A stretch of 64,000 nucleotides of DNA, from NCBI GenBank assembly GCA_043820105.1, contig JBDREC010000029.1, forward strand, positions 1-64,000, written 5' to 3'. Source of the DNA: Pseudomonadota bacterium (GTDB taxonomy: Bacteria; Bdellovibrionota_F; JAHFAK01; JBDREC01). Below are positions 1 through 9,750 of the stretch, piece by piece; position 1 is the first letter of the stretch; the number at the start of each line of letters is the position of its first letter. The position numbers and the translations under genes are program-made. The notes under the pieces were generated by a model. That model did not search any database. It saw only the letters and a program-made list of their open reading frames with translations, and was not told the origin of the DNA.

Positions 1-1
1 A

Positions 2-742
2 CGCTCTTATGGGCTTATGTCTATGCAAGCAGCTGATGCTGTCATGCCTTTAGAAGGTGCCTTTTTAGCTATTGACAACCCATATTTATGGCACATTTTT
101 GTTACCCATCAACTTGCAAAATTTTCTTTTTATCTCGCTGGTAGATTTTTGCCTCCACGCGGGATGCTTAGCTTTATTCCTCAAGGTTATGAGGGCGCTT
201 TTCCTGAAGAAGCGCAACTTTTTGCAGGTTTACCATTGTTTGAAATGTTTTCAACGCAAGAGAAAATAAGTGAATTTCTAGAAAGCAGTGAATATAGCAA
301 TAAGGACAAGCTTAATTTTCTTAACTATTTATTAAAGATCCATAAAAAGGATAAGGCGGTATTAGCTGAAACCCCTGAATTTGCTGATATTGTTGATTCT
401 ACGGTTGATGTATATGTTAAACATGTTAAGGATTTTTTATTGGGCAAAGAATTAGAAAAGGAAATTAGTGCCATTGAAAAAGAGTTAAGAGATCTTAGAG
501 AAGATGATGTTCGAGTTGATAGGAAAATAAGAGAAGATCAAAGCGGCCTAACAAGGAAAATAGCTTTTCAGATTGTTAAAAGAGAATTAAAATCTCAAGT
601 TTCTAATTTAAAGGCAAAGAAAACTCTTGTTTCTAAAATGCTTGAGTTATTAAAGACCATATCTACATATGATGAGAGAATAAAAGATCAAATCGATTTT
701 ACTAGCTTTTCAATGCCTGTTTTTTGTTTTAATTTGTTTTAA
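2..742 (+). CDS. Hypothetical protein, 5'-truncated by window edge; C-terminal coiled-coil-like region
   Basis: Frame is open from base 2 to the stop at 742; E/K/R-rich helical C-terminus; no family recognised. Confidence 0.6.
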   Translation, partial: RSYGLMSMQAADAVMPLEGAFLAIDNPYLWHIFVTHQLAKFSFYLAGRFLPPRGMLSFIPQGYEGAFPEEAQLFAGLPLFEMFSTQEKISEFLESSEYSNKDKLNFLNYLLKIHKKDKAVLAETPEFADIVDSTVDVYVKHVKDFLLGKELEKEISAIEKELRDLREDDVRVDRKIREDQSGLTRKIAFQIVKRELKSQVSNLKAKKTLVSKMLELLKTISTYDERIKDQIDFTSFSMPVFCFNLF

Positions 743-1995
743 AGCTTAGCTTCAAACTCTTTGAAAATATTAACAAGCTCTTTTTCTTCATCACTTGTTA
801 ATGTAAACTTCATGTCAGGTTTTTTGTAAAGAGCATCAGCAAAAAGCATTAAAATCCAGAAGAATATTCCAAAAATTACTTGAACAACATTGTAAAGAGT
901 TTGATAGCCAAAGTCAGCGACCCTTCCAAATTCCATTCTTAGTGTATCAAAAATTCCAAGATAAATTGAAGCTCTTTCTGTGACTGCACCGCGAGCTCTT
1001 ATGTGGGCTATCATTTGAACAAAGGGTCCTGAAGCTATTGAGCCAACAATAATGTTAGCAAATAATAAGAAAAGACCCCAAAGAGTGAAAACTGAAGCGG
1101 TTTGGCCAACAGCGCCAAGTGCTATTCTTGAAACGGTGGAAGCAAAGATTCCAAGAAGTGGTCCAGCAATGAGAATATCACCACGGGCTGATATGAATTT
1201 GCATACATTTAATAAAGTTTTTGTGAGTTCTTTTATAATACTAAAGCCTTTTTTAGATTCTTTTAAATCAAGATAGCCTTCAAGTTTTTTAATAAGTGGT
1301 TCAAAGAGCTCATATGTAAACTCAGACCAATAGGTCATCCAATTAAGTACGGTTTGAAAAATTAAACAAAAACCCAAAGTAATAATAATAGCAACAGCTG
1401 TGTAGGCTAAAAATCTTTCAAAGGTCACTTCATCTTGTCTTGTTAAATAAAGTACAATAATCAAAATAAGGTGCATTAAAGTTCTTGGAACAGCGGCAAT
1501 AGCTGCATCTTTAGAAACCCTGGTTGGAACTGATTTGAGTTTAATAAGATGGCGTTTTGCAAATGAATAAGCCATTAGCTCTTCTTTTTCAACATCATCA
1601 ACTAATGCGCGCTTTGATTCCATTTCTTGTTTTAGCTTTTTTTCTTTGTCTTCTGGTAAGATATAAACAATTGGATTATATCCTTTTTGGTTTGCTAGAG
1701 ATGCAATATATCGAACGTCATCAGGGCTTATGGTTTTTTTGATTTCTCTTACTATGACAACTGTATTATTTTCTTGTTCAGTTAAAGATTTTAGGTTTCG
1801 CTGAAGCTTTAAACCTATCTTATAATCACTTATTTTAAGGTTTTTAACTTCTAGCTCATTTACTAGTGATTTGCCTTCAAATTTTCCCCTAGCAACAACT
1901 GAAGTTTTCTTGACCTCTAAAAGATCATTTGTTTTAATTCTAATATGAACTTCTTTGCCTTTGAGTTTGTTAAGTAAAGTGTTTGCCATCTTCAT
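739..1995 (-). CDS. Hypothetical multi-pass membrane protein
   Basis: 418-aa ORF with a soluble N-terminal part and several hydrophobic segments in the C-terminal half. Confidence 0.7.
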   Translation of the reverse strand: MKMANTLLNKLKGKEVHIRIKTNDLLEVKKTSVVARGKFEGKSLVNELEVKNLKISDYKIGLKLQRNLKSLTEQENNTVVIVREIKKTISPDDVRYIASLANQKGYNPIVYILPEDKEKKLKQEMESKRALVDDVEKEELMAYSFAKRHLIKLKSVPTRVSKDAAIAAVPRTLMHLILIIVLYLTRQDEVTFERFLAYTAVAIIITLGFCLIFQTVLNWMTYWSEFTYELFEPLIKKLEGYLDLKESKKGFSIIKELTKTLLNVCKFISARGDILIAGPLLGIFASTVSRIALGAVGQTASVFTLWGLFLLFANIIVGSIASGPFVQMIAHIRARGAVTERASIYLGIFDTLRMEFGRVADFGYQTLYNVVQVIFGIFFWILMLFADALYKKPDMKFTLTSDEEKELVNIFKEFEAKL

Positions 1996-2151
1996 TTCCT
2001 TTATAATAATTTAAGTTAACATGATGATTTCACTAAAGCTCGGCCTAAAGACTTGAATGTACAGCATTTTTACGCATGATTTTCTTGGAGAATCAAGCTT
2101 TTTCTTGCACATTGACTTTATACCTGCTATCAAGCAAATTTATCATAAAAA

Positions 2152-4074
2152 ATGGGAATTAATTTTATGAAAAATTGGCTTAATTCATTAGTTTTTGATA
2201 CATCTAGACCCTTTATTTTAAATCCATTACCTGCAAAAAATGAAAAGATTAAAATCTGTTTTTGGGTAAATAAAGATAATCCTATTCGCGATGTTGTGTT
2301 TTCATCATCTACTGACGCTGATTTGTCAGATACTTTAATGCAAAAAGAAGAAATTAATGAATATTTAGAAAGCTATTATATTAATTATGACCCTAGGGCA
2401 AAAGATATATATTTTAATTTTGTTATCATTACAAATGATGATGAGCTTTATTTTTGGGATAAATCTGGGGTGCATGAAGAAATAACTGCTCCTAATGATC
2501 ATTTTCACATAACAACTGCTTTTGAAGTTCCTGCTTGGATTTATAATTCTGTTTTTTATCAAATATTCCCGGATAGGTTTTATTTTGAAAATAGAATTAA
2601 AGTCGAGTCATACGAAGATAATGGATACAAAAGAATTGAGCATGAAACATGGGAAGAAGATCCATTTTTGTGGGATAAGGCCAGGTGTCTTGATTTCTTT
2701 GGCGGTAATCTTGATGGTATTAGAAAGAAAATTCCTTATTTCAAAGAGCTTGGAATTAATGCCCTTTATTTAACTCCAATTTTTAAATCTCCATCAAATC
2801 ATAAATATGATACTGAAAACTATTTTACTGTTGATGAAAGTTTTGGTACAAATGATGATCTTGTTGCACTTATTAATGATTTACATGAAAATGGAATTAA
2901 GATAATCCTTGATGGTGTTTTGAATCATACTGGAGACAGGCACAGGTTTTTTAATAAACAAGAAATTTATGGTCAAGGCAAAGGCGCTTGTCATAACAAA
3001 GAATGCGAAACTTATGATTGGTATGTATATGATAAAGAAAAGGATGATTTTCATAAATGGGCTTCTGTTCCGAACTTGCCTTGCCTTAATTATAAAAATC
3101 CAAAAGTAAGAGAATTTATTTATAAGAATAAAAATTCGGTTGTAAGAAACTATTTGAATGAACCTTATAATATTGATGGCTGGAGACTTGATGTTGTTGG
3201 AGAAGTTGGAAATTGTCGTGAAAAGCAGTTGAATGAAGAAGTTTTGCAAGAACTTAGAGTTTCCATTAAAGATAATTATAAAGACAAGTTTATATTGGGA
3301 GAGATAACTCACAGAGGAAGTGACTTTTTAATGGGTGATAAGCTTGATTCAATTATGAATTATGAAGGCATGACAAGACCTATTTGGGGTTTTGTTGGTA
3401 AAAAAAGAACTTTAGTATGGAACACTAAATGGTATGATAGAAAAAAAGCAAATGAAAATAGGGCAAAAATATTTTCAAATGAATTAAATAATTTTCTTAA
3501 ATCTCTGCCAGCTGGTGTTCAGCACTTTCAATCAAATTTTATTGGAAACCATGATACACCAAGAATTAAATATATCGCAGGTGAAGACGAGCAATTATTG
3601 AAGCTTGCTTCAGTTTTTCAGTTCACTTTTTGTGGAGTTCCCTTTGTTTATTATGGTGATGAAGTGGGATTATCGGGAGAGGGCGATCCAATGAATAGAA
3701 AGACTTTTCCATGGAATAATATAGACGAGAAAATGAAGGAATTTTATAAATCTTTAATTAAGCTAAGAAGTAAACACGATCTTTTTAAATTTGGAAGCTA
3801 TAAGAGCATTTATAAAAAGGATGGATGCTTTGCCTTTGCAAGGATCTTGGATAAAGATAAAATGGCTATCGTAATTTTAAATTCAGATGAAAAAGAAAAA
3901 ACAATCAATATAGATACGAATAAAATCGGGCTTTATGTGGCAAAGCTAAAAGAGTATTTCGATGCTAGCTATGTTTCAATTAAGGATGGTAAAGGTGAGA
4001 TTGCTGTGAAGGGAAAGGGATTTAGAGTTTACTTAACAACAGCAACTGTTCCAACTTCAATTGTCATTTCTTGA
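2152..4074 (+). CDS. GH13 alpha-amylase family enzyme (maltodextrin glucosidase/neopullulanase-like)
   Basis: FYQIFPDRF, GGNLDGI, SNHKYDT, DGVLNHTG, DGWRLDV, GE, NHD and YYGDEVG motifs. Confidence 0.92.
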   Translation: MGINFMKNWLNSLVFDTSRPFILNPLPAKNEKIKICFWVNKDNPIRDVVFSSSTDADLSDTLMQKEEINEYLESYYINYDPRAKDIYFNFVIITNDDELYFWDKSGVHEEITAPNDHFHITTAFEVPAWIYNSVFYQIFPDRFYFENRIKVESYEDNGYKRIEHETWEEDPFLWDKARCLDFFGGNLDGIRKKIPYFKELGINALYLTPIFKSPSNHKYDTENYFTVDESFGTNDDLVALINDLHENGIKIILDGVLNHTGDRHRFFNKQEIYGQGKGACHNKECETYDWYVYDKEKDDFHKWASVPNLPCLNYKNPKVREFIYKNKNSVVRNYLNEPYNIDGWRLDVVGEVGNCREKQLNEEVLQELRVSIKDNYKDKFILGEITHRGSDFLMGDKLDSIMNYEGMTRPIWGFVGKKRTLVWNTKWYDRKKANENRAKIFSNELNNFLKSLPAGVQHFQSNFIGNHDTPRIKYIAGEDEQLLKLASVFQFTFCGVPFVYYGDEVGLSGEGDPMNRKTFPWNNIDEKMKEFYKSLIKLRSKHDLFKFGSYKSIYKKDGCFAFARILDKDKMAIVILNSDEKEKTINIDTNKIGLYVAKLKEYFDASYVSIKDGKGEIAVKGKGFRVYLTTATVPTSIVIS

Positions 4075-6176
4075 GGTGTTCCAGAGAATGCTTCGTCAAA
4101 AACGAGATATTCATCTGGTGTTATACCTGTTGCATCAACTGTATAAGGAAGCTCTACAACCTGATCTTTGTTTTCTGTGAAGTTAAATACATTCAACCAT
4201 AATGATCCATCTTGTGACCAAGCATAGTAGATCATATAGTTTTCAAGTCCAGCAATTTCAGTTGTATCATAGTTGCCTAAGGCAAGTTCTTTATCTGCTG
4301 CAAAATCTGCTTTATAGATATTTTCTTCAAGGTCTAAAATGCTTCTTAATAGTATTTGATTAACGCCAATTTCTTCTTCTGCATCAATGTCTATTATAAA
4401 TAAATCAGAAATATAGTTATCACCAACTTTTGCATAAGAAACTTGGAGTTCATTTTCATTGTCTGATTCATCAAATAAGGCAACAACTACAGCGCTTGTA
4501 TCTTGTTCTGTATTACCTTCATTGCACCATACTTCATCAATTTCATAAAGTTCAGCGAGATCACCTGAATAGATTGCTTCAAAAAGCTCAAGATCTGAGT
4601 TATCCCAAGAGCCATGACTATAATCATAATTCACCCATTCGGCACTTACTCCAGAACCAGAAAGGCTTTCACTTAATGCATTACATGCTTCCTCGGTACT
4701 TGCTTCCAGCACTTGCTTTAATGTTATTTCTAATTCAGCAGCAGCTTTTGTAAAGTCACCACCATTATTCCAGGTAAAGCATCCTTGTGAACCTTCCTCC
4801 TGTGGAATTATTCTGAAATTGTATTTTGGAGTTTCAGCTTGTTTGGATTCCATTTGACCCTTAATTAAAACAACACCATTTTCTAAGATCATTATCTGTC
4901 TTGCATTATTTAAAAAGGTTTTTTCTTCAGCGCAACCTGTTAAATAATCAAATTTTGAGAGACCTTCTAAATGATTATAAAATTCCCATTTGTTGGAATA
5001 ATCATTAAGGTCAATAACAGTTGATTCTCCGGCTGAAGAAGCACCAGCTATTAAGAGCTTTTGATTTTCAGAAACAGGTTGACCATGCATTAGAACAAAG
5101 TCACCATCTACAAAAGCTTCATCATCTAATAAACCAGCCAGCTCTTCTAGTAGGGGTTCATTATTTATAACCTTAATTGCATTTGGATGATTTCCATAAT
5201 AAGGTTGAAGCACTCCATAATCATCAGTTAAAACGCGGAAACCATTTGAATCCCACTCATGGTTAACTTCAAAAGTATAACCAAGAGCTCCAGAATTCAT
5301 TGTAAAGATTTCTCTGAATTCGATTTGTTCAGAAATTATTCTTTCTAAACTGTCAAGTCTATCAGCTGCGCTAGTTCCATCTGCTAAATCAATAACTGCC
5401 TGAACATACATTCTGTTATTGTCACCGCCCATGTTTCTTGGACGAGCAGGGAAATTAACCAGAAGCTGTTCATTTTCTATGTCATCTTCAATTGCAAAAA
5501 TTTCTAGAATATCAACTCCCCATCTTTCAATTTCATAGCCAGGGGCTGCGCAAAATACTTCAATTTCTTCATCATCATCTTCCCAAACTGCACCTAATAA
5601 TCCACAGGTACATGAATTATCAGCATATGTTGCAGCTATACAGTCAGCCTCATGAGAAAAAACAATTGGCCAGGTTGTGATCATAAAAAGTGCATTAAGA
5701 TTTAGGTCTTCTATTTCGTGAAAAAATACAGCATCAATTGGAATTGGAGGCCCAAAGTATCCTGATTCTCCATATGATAAAGCTGTATTTATGCTTTTAT
5801 CTTCAAAGAATGCTCTTAGGTTACTTACTTCACCTTCAGGCTCATCTTCTTCTGCATCATCTGCAAATTTAAAAAATCCCGGAAGGCCTTCTTCATCTGT
5901 TGAAGTTTCAGTTGTGTCACCTTCTATTGAATCTATATCAGATTGCCAATCTGCTTCTGATTCTGTGTTTTCAGAGGCAAGAAATGCGGTAACCCCATCT
6001 GTTTTAAGCATAACACCCATTACTGCAGGGTTTTCAGTCCAATCGCCGTCACCCCAGCTTCCTTGACCGCCATCATTATAATCGCCATTGTCATCGCCGC
6101 CTTTCATGCCTTCGCAGCCTAAAAATAAAAATGTAAGGAAAAAAATTGAGATTAAAATAATTAATGAACGTTTCAT
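4029..6176 (-). CDS. Acidic orphan lipoprotein
   Basis: Signal peptide ending FLGC lipobox, G/D-rich linker, very D/E-rich; SD GAGGGGG upstream. Confidence 0.8.
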   Translation of the reverse strand: MKRSLIILISIFFLTFLFLGCEGMKGGDDNGDYNDGGQGSWGDGDWTENPAVMGVMLKTDGVTAFLASENTESEADWQSDIDSIEGDTTETSTDEEGLPGFFKFADDAEEDEPEGEVSNLRAFFEDKSINTALSYGESGYFGPPIPIDAVFFHEIEDLNLNALFMITTWPIVFSHEADCIAATYADNSCTCGLLGAVWEDDDEEIEVFCAAPGYEIERWGVDILEIFAIEDDIENEQLLVNFPARPRNMGGDNNRMYVQAVIDLADGTSAADRLDSLERIISEQIEFREIFTMNSGALGYTFEVNHEWDSNGFRVLTDDYGVLQPYYGNHPNAIKVINNEPLLEELAGLLDDEAFVDGDFVLMHGQPVSENQKLLIAGASSAGESTVIDLNDYSNKWEFYNHLEGLSKFDYLTGCAEEKTFLNNARQIMILENGVVLIKGQMESKQAETPKYNFRIIPQEEGSQGCFTWNNGGDFTKAAAELEITLKQVLEASTEEACNALSESLSGSGVSAEWVNYDYSHGSWDNSDLELFEAIYSGDLAELYEIDEVWCNEGNTEQDTSAVVVALFDESDNENELQVSYAKVGDNYISDLFIIDIDAEEEIGVNQILLRSILDLEENIYKADFAADKELALGNYDTTEIAGLENYMIYYAWSQDGSLWLNVFNFTENKDQVVELPYTVDATGITPDEYLVFDEAFSGTPQEMTIEVGTVAVVK

Positions 6177-6407
6177 GGTATCCCCCTCGTTTAAGGTTAA
6201 TATTTGCTTTTGTTTTTATATTAACCGAAAAAAACCTCTAAGTAGCTTTATCATAGCATGCCTGTATGCAAAAAGCTGTGATATGGGTCACTTGGTATCA
6301 CTTTTTTTGCATTTTTTTTTGCTTTTTTTCAGATTTATTATTTTAACACATTATTAGAAGAAATGCAATAACTTGTTCGGATAAAAAACAGCAATAATTA
6401 CAAGCGC

Positions 6408-6674
6408 TTATTCGACATCTGTTTCTTCGTCAAGATCTATTGGGCCATATTCACTTGATATATGATTTGCAATATCTATTGAATTTTCTAGAAGTTCATC
6501 TCTAATATCTTCGTCAAATTCCTCGTTTTCGAATTTTCTGTTAATACAATCTTCAACAATATGAACTATTTCTTCTTGTTCAAAAATCAAATCTCCATTT
6601 TCAAATGCTTCAATTAATGCTTCGATTATTGAATCTTTCCAATCTTCAGAATCCAAATTCATTTTATTCTCCAT
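6408..6674 (-). CDS. Small acidic hypothetical protein
   Basis: 88-aa ORF with strongly biased D/E composition, directly downstream of the cysteine desulfurase gene. Confidence 0.6.
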   Translation of the reverse strand: MENKMNLDSEDWKDSIIEALIEAFENGDLIFEQEEIVHIVEDCINRKFENEEFDEDIRDELLENSIDIANHISSEYGPIDLDEETDVE

Positions 6675-6732
6675 TTTTGTTATTCGTTAGGAAAAAACTA
6701 ATATTTTTTTTTAATGAATTGCAACATTTTTT

Positions 6733-7893
6733 TTAACTTTTTGTAATCGGTGACATTGACCTTAAGGTTGCAACTATTTTTGGCATAACATTTAAAACAG
6801 CTTCAATTTGTGCTTCGCTTGTACTTCTGCCCAGGCTGAATCTTATTGACCCATGGGCGTCTTCATGTGATAAGCCAAGCGCTAAAAGCACATGAGAAGG
6901 ATCAAGTGAACCTGAAGAACAAGCTGAACCGGAAGACGCAGCTATGTTATGCATATCAAGGTGAAGTAATATTGCTTCTCCTTCAATATATTTAAAACTT
7001 ACATTCAATGTGTTTTGTACTCTATTTTCTTTATGGCCATTTATTAAAATGTCATCAATGGAAGCTATTAAACCATTTTCAAGCTTATCTCTTAATTTTT
7101 TTATACGTTCACTATTTTTACTTAAGTCTCTTTTGGCTATTTCACAAGCTTTACCCAAAGCAACTATTCCAGCTGTGTTTTCTGTGCCAGATCTTCTACC
7201 CATTTCCTGATGTCCACCATGGATTAATCTTTCTAATTTTATTCCCTTCCTTATATATAATGCTCCAATTCCTTTTGGGCCATAAATTTTATGACCAGAT
7301 AAGGATAGTAGATCAAGCCGTACATCTTTTACAGAAATTGGGATTTTTCCAATTGCCTGAACAGCATCAGAATGAAAAAGAATATTTTTTTCCCGAGCAA
7401 TTACCGAAATCTCTTTTAATGGATAAATTGTTCCGAGTTCATTGTTTGCGGCCATAATAGAAATTAAAATTGTTTTATCTGTTATGGCATTTTTTAGTTC
7501 CTCTAGGTTAAGCATTCCCTCGTGGTCTACTGATAAATATGTAATGTTAGCGCCATTATTTTTTTCTAAATACTGACATGTTTCAAGCACAGCCGGGTGT
7601 TCGACTTTTGTTGTTATTATATGGTTTCCCTTTGATTTCAAGTTGTAAAAAGCACCTTTAATTGCCAGGTTATCACTTTCGGAACCACCAGAGGTGAAAA
7701 ATATTTCAGAAGGAGAAGCATCAATTATATCTGCTACGCGGTAACGAGCTTCTTCAAGTTTTATTCTAACGCTTCTGCCATGTTTGTGAATGCTTGATGG
7801 ATTTCCAAACTCATTTTTCAAAAAAGGAATCATTTCTTCTAAAACTTCATTGTCTATTTGAGTTGTAGCGTTGTGATCTAGATATATATCCAT
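6733..7893 (-). CDS. iscS: Cysteine desulfurase (IscS/NifS group I)
   Basis: YLDHNATT, FTSGGSES, HSDAVQ, SGHKIYGPKG (PLP Lys), SSGSACSS (catalytic Cys). Confidence 0.95.
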   Translation of the reverse strand: MDIYLDHNATTQIDNEVLEEMIPFLKNEFGNPSSIHKHGRSVRIKLEEARYRVADIIDASPSEIFFTSGGSESDNLAIKGAFYNLKSKGNHIITTKVEHPAVLETCQYLEKNNGANITYLSVDHEGMLNLEELKNAITDKTILISIMAANNELGTIYPLKEISVIAREKNILFHSDAVQAIGKIPISVKDVRLDLLSLSGHKIYGPKGIGALYIRKGIKLERLIHGGHQEMGRRSGTENTAGIVALGKACEIAKRDLSKNSERIKKLRDKLENGLIASIDDILINGHKENRVQNTLNVSFKYIEGEAILLHLDMHNIAASSGSACSSGSLDPSHVLLALGLSHEDAHGSIRFSLGRSTSEAQIEAVLNVMPKIVATLRSMSPITKS

Positions 7894-7987
7894 TCAGTCT
7901 CCAAATTTTCCTATTCTAATTGCCTATTCAAAATATTAGCTGTCCCAAAATGTCAATAGTAATATTTTTCTAAATTTTTACTTTATT

Positions 7988-8027
7988 CTTGTTCTCTTGT
8001 TACCTTGTGCCCTTGTTCCCTTGATCT
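7988..8027. repeat. Degenerate 8-mer tandem array (CTTGTTCC-like x5)
   Basis: cttgttct cttgttac cttgtgcc cttgttcc cttgatct; reverse-complement copies near 9631 and 27314. Confidence 0.7.
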
Positions 8028-8108
8028 CTTTTAAAACTTTTTTATTGAAATTTGTTAGCAAATTCTTCTATAATGTTTATTAATAATAACTTAATTTTCT
8101 TAGTGAAT

Positions 8109-8537
8109 ATGAAAGAAGAATTAGTACAGTTTATTCGTGAGCATAAAATTATTTCAATGTTATCTGAAGACGAAGCTGAAAAGTTTGTAAACGCTTGTTC
8201 TTGTGTAAGATTCCCCCCAGATGCTTTGGTTTGTGAAGAAGACTCTGTTGCAACTCATCTGTATATTTTATATTCTGGTGAAATGGTTGTTTATACAGAA
8301 GATATGGGGGATTATATTGAATATGCTAGATTAAAAAGTGGTGATTTTATGTGTGAGATTTCTGTTATCTCAGACAAGCCAACATCTGCTAGCATTAAAT
8401 CAATAGATCAAGTTGAACTTATTGCAATTGGTAAAAAGTTTATTAAAGAACTTGTTGCCAGCAACCAAGCTTTTAATGATTTTTTAAATCGAATTTCTAT
8501 TGAGAGATTTGAAGAAAACATGGAAAAGCAGTTTTAG
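8109..8537 (+). CDS. Stand-alone cyclic-nucleotide-binding (cNMP) domain protein
   Basis: LYILYSGEM...LKSGDFMCEIS...PTSAS pattern of the CAP_ED fold; ATG 8109 preferred over TTG 8052. Confidence 0.75.
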   Translation: MKEELVQFIREHKIISMLSEDEAEKFVNACSCVRFPPDALVCEEDSVATHLYILYSGEMVVYTEDMGDYIEYARLKSGDFMCEISVISDKPTSASIKSIDQVELIAIGKKFIKELVASNQAFNDFLNRISIERFEENMEKQF

Positions 8538-9493
8538 AATTTTCCTGTCTTTAGATAATTCATTGGATCAAGATATTTACCGTCTTTTCTCAATTCAAAA
8601 TGAAGATGAGGACCTGTTGAATTTCCTGATGATCCTACAATTCCAATTGTTTGTCCTTGTTTTATTATCTCACCAGCTTTGACATTGTTTTTCGAATTAT
8701 GGCCATATAATGTTGAATAGCCCTTTTTATGTTCAACTACTATAACGTTTCCATAACCATCTTGAGAGCCAGAGAAAATAACTTTTCCTGACATTGCAGC
8801 TTTTATTTCTGAATGCATACGTCTAGGGATATCAATTCCTGTGTGCATTTTTCTTTTTCCATCAATTGGATGATTTCTCATTCCAAAGTGCGATGAAGGT
8901 TTAGCTCCCTTTAAAGGCATTTGCAGAGCTTCACCTGCTAAAACTAATTTGTTATTTTTTATAGAACTATCTTTATTTTCTAAATCAATAAAATGTTTGT
9001 TAGTAACTTTTTCATTTAATTTTAATGGTGCTAGGTTTAATTCTAAATATTCTCCCATAATAGAAAGAACATCCTGGTCATCACTTTTCTGAGATACTTT
9101 AGAGCTAACTATTGATTGATCATTGTTTGTATTGAAAAAACCAAAACTATGACTGATCATTAAAACGCCAACCAGCAATAAAATTAATCCAAAGATAGCT
9201 TGATATGAATGCATAAATTTCTTTAATTTATTCACGGCTTCTTTTTCATAGATTCCTGTTTTACTTATTTTTTCCACCAAGGAGGGTTCCAGGACACCAA
9301 TATTTGTAACCAAGGTCCCCATTGAAAAGCTAGATGTGATTTTTTCACCAATAAAATGACCTTTGAATATTGATCTTTTTAATCTTAATTTGATATTGCA
9401 ATTAGGACATTTTGAAAATTCGCTTTCATAAGCGAGGTGAATTGATTCACAGTTATTACAAAGAATTTTAATCATGGGTAATTCAAATTCCAT
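8534..9493 (-). CDS. M23 family metallopeptidase with N-terminal Zn-ribbon and one TM helix
   Basis: HTGIDI, YGH and GPHLHFE motifs; N-terminal CxxC...CxxC; hydrophobic helix around aa 99-118. Confidence 0.9.
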   Translation of the reverse strand: MEFELPMIKILCNNCESIHLAYESEFSKCPNCNIKLRLKRSIFKGHFIGEKITSSFSMGTLVTNIGVLEPSLVEKISKTGIYEKEAVNKLKKFMHSYQAIFGLILLLVGVLMISHSFGFFNTNNDQSIVSSKVSQKSDDQDVLSIMGEYLELNLAPLKLNEKVTNKHFIDLENKDSSIKNNKLVLAGEALQMPLKGAKPSSHFGMRNHPIDGKRKMHTGIDIPRRMHSEIKAAMSGKVIFSGSQDGYGNVIVVEHKKGYSTLYGHNSKNNVKAGEIIKQGQTIGIVGSSGNSTGPHLHFELRKDGKYLDPMNYLKTGKF

Positions 9494-9523
9494 ATTAGTT
9501 TTATTTTGTTAATTTATATGTTT

Positions 9524-9539
9524 TGCACAAAATATGCCA
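9524..9539 (-). promoter_or_regulatory. Sigma-54 -24/-12 promoter of the M23 gene
   Basis: TGGCATATTTTGTGCA (GG-N10-GC), 30 nt before the ATG. Confidence 0.7.
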
Positions 9540-9750
9540 AATATAAGTGTTTGTAATTATTGGGATTGGATTTGTTTAAGCTTCGGTCAAATGGTCATTA
9601 TCTAAGCATTTTTTTAAGGAAGTGCTGAAAAAGGGAACAAGGGAAAATGGGGACAATTTTATGAGAAAAATTCTTGACATTTTTGGTGATCAAAATTCAA
9701 CTAATCTAATGTGGTTTTAGGTTGTTATTGGGATTTCATTTGAGGAATAA

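Noticed and set aside
2030..2080. c-di-GMP-I riboswitch (AAAGCTCGGCCTAAAG resembles part of P3)
   Set aside because: The GGCAAA/GAAA tetraloop P2 arm and closing helix are not found
6293..6311. Sigma-54 site TGGTATCACTTTTTTTGCA
   Set aside because: Spacing is 13 nt and no plus-strand gene follows
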